64,000 bases of DNA from an uncultured Ignavibacteriales bacterium (lineage in GTDB: Bacteria; Zixibacteria; MSB-5A5; GN15; FEB-12): the NCBI GenBank assembly GCA_964464605.1, contig CAYXJN010000004.1:1-64000 (forward strand). Reading direction: 5' to 3'. Positions 58,569 through 64,000 of the stretch are shown one piece after another; within the stretch, counting starts at the first letter, position 1; each line of letters starts with the position of its first letter. Both the position numbers and the translations under genes were made by a program. Under the pieces are notes generated by a model, which searched no databases, was not told the DNA's origin, and saw only the letters and a program-made list of their open reading frames with translations.

Positions 58569-60458
58569 ATGATTGTCATTGGAACCGCCGGGCATATCGA
58601 TCACGGAAAATCATCAATAGTCGAACGGCTCACCGGCACTAATCCGGATAGATTGCCTGAAGAGAAAGAACGGGGGATGACGATCGATTTGGGTTTCGCT
58701 TTTTATCTCACGCCAGGCAATGAAACGATAGCGATTGTCGATGTTCCGGGGCATGAGCGGTTTGTCAAAAACATGATTGCAGGAGCGGGGGGAATCGATG
58801 TCGCTATGCTGGTAATTGCGGCCGATGACGGCTGGATGCCGCAAAGCACCGAACATTTTCATATTCTTCGCCTGCTCGGCATTCGGCATGGAATAATCAT
58901 TATCAATAAGTGCGATTTGGTAACACAGGAACGAGTCGATTCTGTTATTGCTGATATCAAATACCATGTGCAGAATTCATTTTTGACGCATGCTCCATTG
59001 TTTACTCTTTCTGCAGTAACAGGACTCGGGTTTGGTGATTTGCGCGCTTACCTGAATCAATTACCGCAGAAGGTGGCGAGCCGTCAGGATACCGGCAAGC
59101 CTCGTTTGTGCATCGACCGTTCATTCATTCGCCCCGGTATCGGCGGGGTGGCAACCGGCACACTGCGCGGTGGGAGTTTGCGCGTGGGACAGGAAGTAAC
59201 AATCTGGCCGTCCAAAACGGGATCGAAAATTCGCACGCTGCAATCGAACAATCAATCTGTCGAAACCGCCCAGCTGGGGCAGCGCACCGCACTTTCCTTG
59301 TCCGGTATTGATAAATCACTCTTAGAACGTGGTGGGGTCATATCGGATCGGTTTGATTTAACGTATCTGGTCGAAAATCCTATTTTGGCACTCACAATTG
59401 AACTCCTGTCCGACTCGTCGGTTCCCCTCAAAACCGGGCGGCGTGTTTTGGTGTTAGCCGGAACGGCAGAGGTTGAAGGGGAGATACGAACCTGGAACAA
59501 CGAAGATATTTTGCCAGGCAAAAGCGGCTGCTGCTTTTTCATTCCGGATTCCGCGCTTTACACGCTAATAGGTGATTCAGTCATTCTCAGATTACCGACG
59601 CCGATGGTCACGATCGGCGGTGCACGGGTGCTTGATCGGTTAGCGCGCCCGCCGAGATTACGAGAACTACCTTCGTTCCAATATCTAAGAAATCGAAATG
59701 TCGATGACCCGGAAAGCTTGGTACGAAGCGAACTGCACAAGTATCTGCTGGTTCCTGCTTCATCGCTTTTGAGCTGGGCCGATTATTCTCCTAACACAAT
59801 TGAGTCAGCCGTCGCTGCTTGCAAAGCTAAGGGACTTCTGCAAGAACGTGATGGGTATTTATATGATCCAAACCACCTGCAAACGAACATAGCAGGATTG
59901 AAAACTAAAATTGAAGATCGAATCAAGCAATCGATATCGCTGAAAGGAATCCGGGCGGAACAGGTTGCGTCTGATTTCGGTTTCGATCTGTCTGCAACGC
60001 TCGCTCTGTTACGAATATTGGTGCAAAAAGATATTCTCAGCGAACGTGATGACCTTTTTAGTGTCAAAGGAGCGAATGCGCAGTTATCAGGGGCATTGAA
60101 AACGGCGTACGATGATATTCTTTCCCGGCTGCAAGCCGCTCCGTTTACTCCACCTGCACTTGCCGGTTTTGCGGAGAAAGGAAAAATCTATCGTGAAGCA
60201 ATCGGTGTACTGCTTGAAACTAAACAGGTACATAAGTGTGGAACTGATTTTATTTTTGTATCTTCCGCCTGGCAGACAATAACCGATTTCGTGCATGAGT
60301 GCTTGAAGAAACAGGCATCATTGACCGTGAATGATATGAAAGAAAAATTCGGCATCACCCGCAAGCATGCGATACCGATTCTCGAAGAAACCGACCGGCT
60401 AAAATTGACTCGGCGTGACGGTGACGTGCGTGTTAAAGGAGAGAGGTTTGAAGCGTAA
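58569..60458 (+). CDS. selB: Selenocysteine-specific elongation factor
   Basis: [33 protein letters not shown]-terminal [10 protein letters not shown] winged helix. Confidence 0.96.
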   Translation: MIVIGTAGHIDHGKSSIVERLTGTNPDRLPEEKERGMTIDLGFAFYLTPGNETIAIVDVPGHERFVKNMIAGAGGIDVAMLVIAADDGWMPQSTEHFHILRLLGIRHGIIIINKCDLVTQERVDSVIADIKYHVQNSFLTHAPLFTLSAVTGLGFGDLRAYLNQLPQKVASRQDTGKPRLCIDRSFIRPGIGGVATGTLRGGSLRVGQEVTIWPSKTGSKIRTLQSNNQSVETAQLGQRTALSLSGIDKSLLERGGVISDRFDLTYLVENPILALTIELLSDSSVPLKTGRRVLVLAGTAEVEGEIRTWNNEDILPGKSGCCFFIPDSALYTLIGDSVILRLPTPMVTIGGARVLDRLARPPRLRELPSFQYLRNRNVDDPESLVRSELHKYLLVPASSLLSWADYSPNTIESAVAACKAKGLLQERDGYLYDPNHLQTNIAGLKTKIEDRIKQSISLKGIRAEQVASDFGFDLSATLALLRILVQKDILSERDDLFSVKGANAQLSGALKTAYDDILSRLQAAPFTPPALAGFAEKGKIYREAIGVLLETKQVHKCGTDFIFVSSAWQTITDFVHECLKKQASLTVNDMKEKFGITRKHAIPILEETDRLKLTRRDGDVRVKGERFEA

Positions 60459-62034
60459 AACCGTTTTCTATAACGGCCGTGTCTATACTCAAGCCGACCC
60501 GCGCCCCGCTGACAGTTTTGCTATTAACGGCGCAATGATTGTCGCAGTCGGTAAAAATCTGCGGTATGATCCTGAGTTTATCGGATACGACAAAGTCGAT
60601 CTCAAGGGAAGAGCGGTCATTCCCGGGTTAGTCGATGCCCACGCGCATTTTTTGTACTTCGCAAAAACATTGCATCGCGTCGCATTGGATGATTGCCGTT
60701 CGATTACGGAAGTTCTGGCTGCGATTCGAAAATTCGCTAAAGAGAATCCGAAATCAGAATGGATATACGGGGATGGGTTCTCTCCGGATAAAATGCCCGG
60801 CCGTATTGAACCGGATCGCTTCCAACTCGATTCAGCAACGGGCAGCCGCCCTGCCTTTATTTATTACAAAGACCATCACTCTGCGTGGGTGAACAGCAAA
60901 GCACTGGCGATAGCCGGGATTACTGCTAAATCAGTCAATCCGGCGCGTGGTGAAATTGTTCGCTCCAGCGGCAACACGCCAACCGGTATTCTGCGTGAAT
61001 GGGGAGGATACGGACCGGTATTTGAAAAGGTACCCGGGCCTGTCGGTAAAGAACTCGATACAGCATACGATAAGGCGCTTACTATCGCCTACTCCCGCGG
61101 TGTGACCGGGGTACATTCATTTGATAAGCCGGATGCGTTCCCGTTTTATTCTCAACGCACGGAAAAGAGAACGCTCGGATTGCGGATCAATTTTTATCCG
61201 ACTTATCCGATGCTTCCTGATCTTTTGAAAGCTAAAACCGGTTACGGTTCCGGGGATGAATTTTTCCGCTTCGCGGGGATCAAAATTTTCGCAGACGGCG
61301 CATTAGGCAGTCAAACAGCGCTGATGTTCAAGCCATATGAGCATAGCAAGTCGAATCGGGGAATCGAAGTAACCTCGGTCGCTGAAATCGTCCGTATCGG
61401 TAAACAGGCTGCAAAGCTCGGATTTCCCTTAGCGGTACATGCAATCGGAGACAAGGCAGTTTCCAACGTGCTCGATGCCTTCGCGCAGTTACCGAAACTC
61501 AAAAACGGCGCGCGGCACCGTATCGAGCATGTTCAGTGCATTCGCCCAAGTGATATCAAGAGAATGAAACGGCTGACAGCCGTGGGGTCGATGCAGCCAT
61601 CGCATTGTCCGTCCGACATCACCATGGCGCGCAAACATTGGGGGAAACGGGCAGCGAATGCGTATGTGTTCCGTGACTTATTCGATTCCGGAGTCGATTT
61701 AGCGTTTGGTTCAGATGCGCCAATTGAGCCATTGCACCCGATTCATGGCATCGCAGCCGCGGTTCGTCGCGCATTACCGAAGAATAAAGACGTCTTTTAT
61801 CCGAAACAGCGCATTTCTGTTGCCGAAGCGGTGTTCGGATTCACCGCCGGAGCAGCGATTGCCTCCGGCGAAGCCGACCGTCGCGGCTATCTGTTACCCG
61901 GTTATCCGGCAGATTTTGTCATTCTCTCGGCTGATCTCACCAAAGTCGCGGCCAACGCGCTCTACGACGTTCATCCGCTTGCTACGGTATTCAACGGCGG
62001 CGTTGTTTACACGCATTCCCGTTTTTCCCTCTAA
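60448..62034 (+). CDS. Amidohydrolase 3 (YtcJ-like)
   Basis: PGLVDAHAH, KIFADGALGSQTA, HAIGD, RHRIEH, GSDAP; TTG start overlapping the selB end. Confidence 0.9.
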   Translation: MKRKTVFYNGRVYTQADPRPADSFAINGAMIVAVGKNLRYDPEFIGYDKVDLKGRAVIPGLVDAHAHFLYFAKTLHRVALDDCRSITEVLAAIRKFAKENPKSEWIYGDGFSPDKMPGRIEPDRFQLDSATGSRPAFIYYKDHHSAWVNSKALAIAGITAKSVNPARGEIVRSSGNTPTGILREWGGYGPVFEKVPGPVGKELDTAYDKALTIAYSRGVTGVHSFDKPDAFPFYSQRTEKRTLGLRINFYPTYPMLPDLLKAKTGYGSGDEFFRFAGIKIFADGALGSQTALMFKPYEHSKSNRGIEVTSVAEIVRIGKQAAKLGFPLAVHAIGDKAVSNVLDAFAQLPKLKNGARHRIEHVQCIRPSDIKRMKRLTAVGSMQPSHCPSDITMARKHWGKRAANAYVFRDLFDSGVDLAFGSDAPIEPLHPIHGIAAAVRRALPKNKDVFYPKQRISVAEAVFGFTAGAAIASGEADRRGYLLPGYPADFVILSADLTKVAANALYDVHPLATVFNGGVVYTHSRFSL

Positions 62035-62091
62035 AATCAAACGGTTCCGATAGGGATTGACAGCCGAATTTCGGTTATCTATGTTTTTCGT

Positions 62092-63444
62092 ATGAAACGG
62101 GGTCGTCGACTCTTATTGGGGCTGTTGCTCTTCTGTCTTTTCGCACCGGTTTTATCCTTTGGTTTGCGGGCAATTCTCTATGCACAGGATTCACTGACTC
62201 CCGATTCCGCAGTTGAAGCACTCAAACAAACGTATGCAAGACCGATTGTCTACACGATGGAAATCGACGGTGCGATCGGTACGGTAACCGTTGATCGCAT
62301 CGCCGACGCTATCGACCGCGCGGAAAAAGATAAGGCCGAGCTTTTGGTTATTCTGTTGAATACTCCCGGCGGATTGACCAAATCCACCTGGTCAATCACG
62401 ATGGACATGCTCAATTCACACGTTCCTATTTGTGTTTATATCGCTCCTTCCGGAGCCCGCGCCGGATCGGCCGGGGTGTTTATTACCTATGCCGCTAATT
62501 TTGCCGCGATGGCTTCCTCGACCAATATCGGCGCCGCGCACGTCGTTTCAGGCGACGGACAAAAAATCGATTCGATCTTGAATGAAAAATTGACCAATGA
62601 TGCCGTCGCCAGTATTAAAGCCTCTGCCCAAAAACGGGGGCGCAACGCCGAGTGGGCGGAACAGGCAGTGCGGGAATCGAAATCGATTACCGACAGCGAA
62701 GCCTTAGCGCTGAACGTGATCAACTTCCGCGCAAAGAATTTAGATAGTCTCTTAAATAAATTGAATGGCCAAGTCGCGGAAACGCCGCGAGGAGCCGACA
62801 CGCTTAACTTGGTCGATGCCGATGTTCGCCCTATTGCCGTCTCTTTTGTCGAAAAATTTCTGGAAATTATCACTCAGCCGGATATCGCCTTTATTCTGTT
62901 CTCAATAGGCGGACTTGGGTTGGTGCTCGAACTGTACAATCCGGGTTCGATTCTACCCGGTGTGGTCGGTGCGATTTCATTGATTTTAGCGTTCTACGCC
63001 TTCCAAACCTTGCCGATCAACTATGCCGGTTTAGCTTTAATGGTATTAGCCGGAATACTGTTTATTGCGGAGATAAAAGTCATTTCGCACGGTCTGTTAA
63101 CTATTGGCGGCCTTATTGCGCTCTTTTTTGGCGGGTTGATGCTCTATGATTCCGTTGACCCGTCAATTCGGGTCGGTATGGATGTACTGATTACCGTCGT
63201 TTTGCTTATCGGCGTCAGTGTCGGCCTGGCCGGATGGTTAGTGCTCAAAGCGCAGCGCAGCAAGCCGTTCAGCGGGCAAGAAGGGCTGATTGGCAAAACA
63301 GCGGAGGTACGCGCAAACGGATTTATTTATGTCAGTGGTGCGCTCTGGAAAGCGGAAGCAGCTGAAACGCTGGAAGTAGGTGCAAAAGTAGAAGTGACAG
63401 GCGTGAACGGTCTTAAATTAAAAGTGAAGCGTATAGTTTCGTAA
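62092..63444 (+). CDS. nfeD: NfeD-family membrane serine protease
   Basis: LNTPGG, RAGSAG, TNIGAA, TM region, C-terminal OB fold G.LWKA. Confidence 0.92.
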   Translation: MKRGRRLLLGLLLFCLFAPVLSFGLRAILYAQDSLTPDSAVEALKQTYARPIVYTMEIDGAIGTVTVDRIADAIDRAEKDKAELLVILLNTPGGLTKSTWSITMDMLNSHVPICVYIAPSGARAGSAGVFITYAANFAAMASSTNIGAAHVVSGDGQKIDSILNEKLTNDAVASIKASAQKRGRNAEWAEQAVRESKSITDSEALALNVINFRAKNLDSLLNKLNGQVAETPRGADTLNLVDADVRPIAVSFVEKFLEIITQPDIAFILFSIGGLGLVLELYNPGSILPGVVGAISLILAFYAFQTLPINYAGLALMVLAGILFIAEIKVISHGLLTIGGLIALFFGGLMLYDSVDPSIRVGMDVLITVVLLIGVSVGLAGWLVLKAQRSKPFSGQEGLIGKTAEVRANGFIYVSGALWKAEAAETLEVGAKVEVTGVNGLKLKVKRIVS

Positions 63445-63461
63445 GAAACAAGGAGATAGAT

Positions 63462-64000
63462 ATGTTTGATTTTCCGGTCATTATTGTCGTTGTGTTCTTT
63501 GTCTTTTTGATTTTGGTCAATTCGATCAAAGTGCTCAAAGAGTATGAACGCGGCGTTATTTTCCGGCTTGGCCGCCTGATCGACACCAAAGGACCGGGGC
63601 TGATCCTGCTGGTACCGATTATCGATAAGATGGTACGTGTCGATTTGCGCGTGATTACCTACGATGTCCCGCCGCAGGATATCATCACCCGCGATAACGT
63701 TTCGGTCAAAGTGAATGCTGTGCTGTATTTTCAAGTCATTGATCCGAATAAAGCAATTGTGTCAGTGTCGAATTTCTTTGAAGCGACTTCGCAGATTGCC
63801 CAAACCACACTCCGTTCTGTGCTTGGCCAACAAGAGATGGATGATTTGCTGGCAAACCGTGACAAGATCAATGCCGAACTGCAGCAGATTATTGATCAAC
63901 AGACTGAACCATGGGGTGTGAAGGTGTCGGTGGTCGAAGTGAAAAACGTCGACTTGCCGCCCGATATGATTCGCGCGATGGCCAAACAGGCGGAAGCGGA
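63462..64000 (+). CDS. SPFH/stomatin (slipin) protein, 3' end truncated
   Basis: Absent from the ORF track; translates to [45 protein letters not shown]; usual partner of NfeD. Confidence 0.92.
   Translation, partial: MFDFPVIIVVVFFVFLILVNSIKVLKEYERGVIFRLGRLIDTKGPGLILLVPIIDKMVRVDLRVITYDVPPQDIITRDNVSVKVNAVLYFQVIDPNKAIVSVSNFFEATSQIAQTTLRSVLGQQEMDDLLANRDKINAELQQIIDQQTEPWGVKVSVVEVKNVDLPPDMIRAMAKQAEA

Noticed and set aside
63327..63921. ORF-track entries 63327..63734(-) and 63715..63921(+)
   Set aside because: They are shadows of the real SPFH gene starting at 63462, which runs off the window
1..64000. CRISPR arrays, rRNA, transposases, prophage or defence genes, and the many short nested ORFs
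   Set aside because: No repeat-spacer periodicity or diagnostic motifs were found; the short ORFs overlap well-supported genes in other frames

Overview
A gene-dense chromosomal window from a diderm bacterium. The gene content suggests the FCB superphylum but probably not classical Bacteroidota; it looks Zixibacteria-like, which is an inference only. The left part holds the 3' end of tRNA-Gln, a divergent fatty-acid desaturase / RRM protein pair, sdhCAB, two cohesin-like secreted proteins, asparaginase II and tryptophanase. A ~33 kb + strand run (13089-46453) follows. It encodes type IX secretion parts (PorU, and a PorV carrying a ~550-aa propeller/LysM-like insertion), an M6 protease cargo, two paralogous membrane proteins, an NHL lipoprotein, a half-size SprA-like outer-membrane protein with an Omp85 partner, a DGGGP-synthase-like UbiA, a MoxR/Bat operon, corA and bshC-bshA-bshB1. 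The right part has an AT-rich ORFan, a tRNA-Sec with an atypical acceptor stem, recG, murB, sprA, selA, selB, an amidohydrolase, nfeD and a truncated SPFH gene. The best candidates for new biology are the SprA-like barrel + Omp85 module inside the T9SS operon and the LysM-bearing PorV. No CRISPR array, rRNA, integrase or transposase was seen. All homology calls come from reading motifs by eye, not from database searches.
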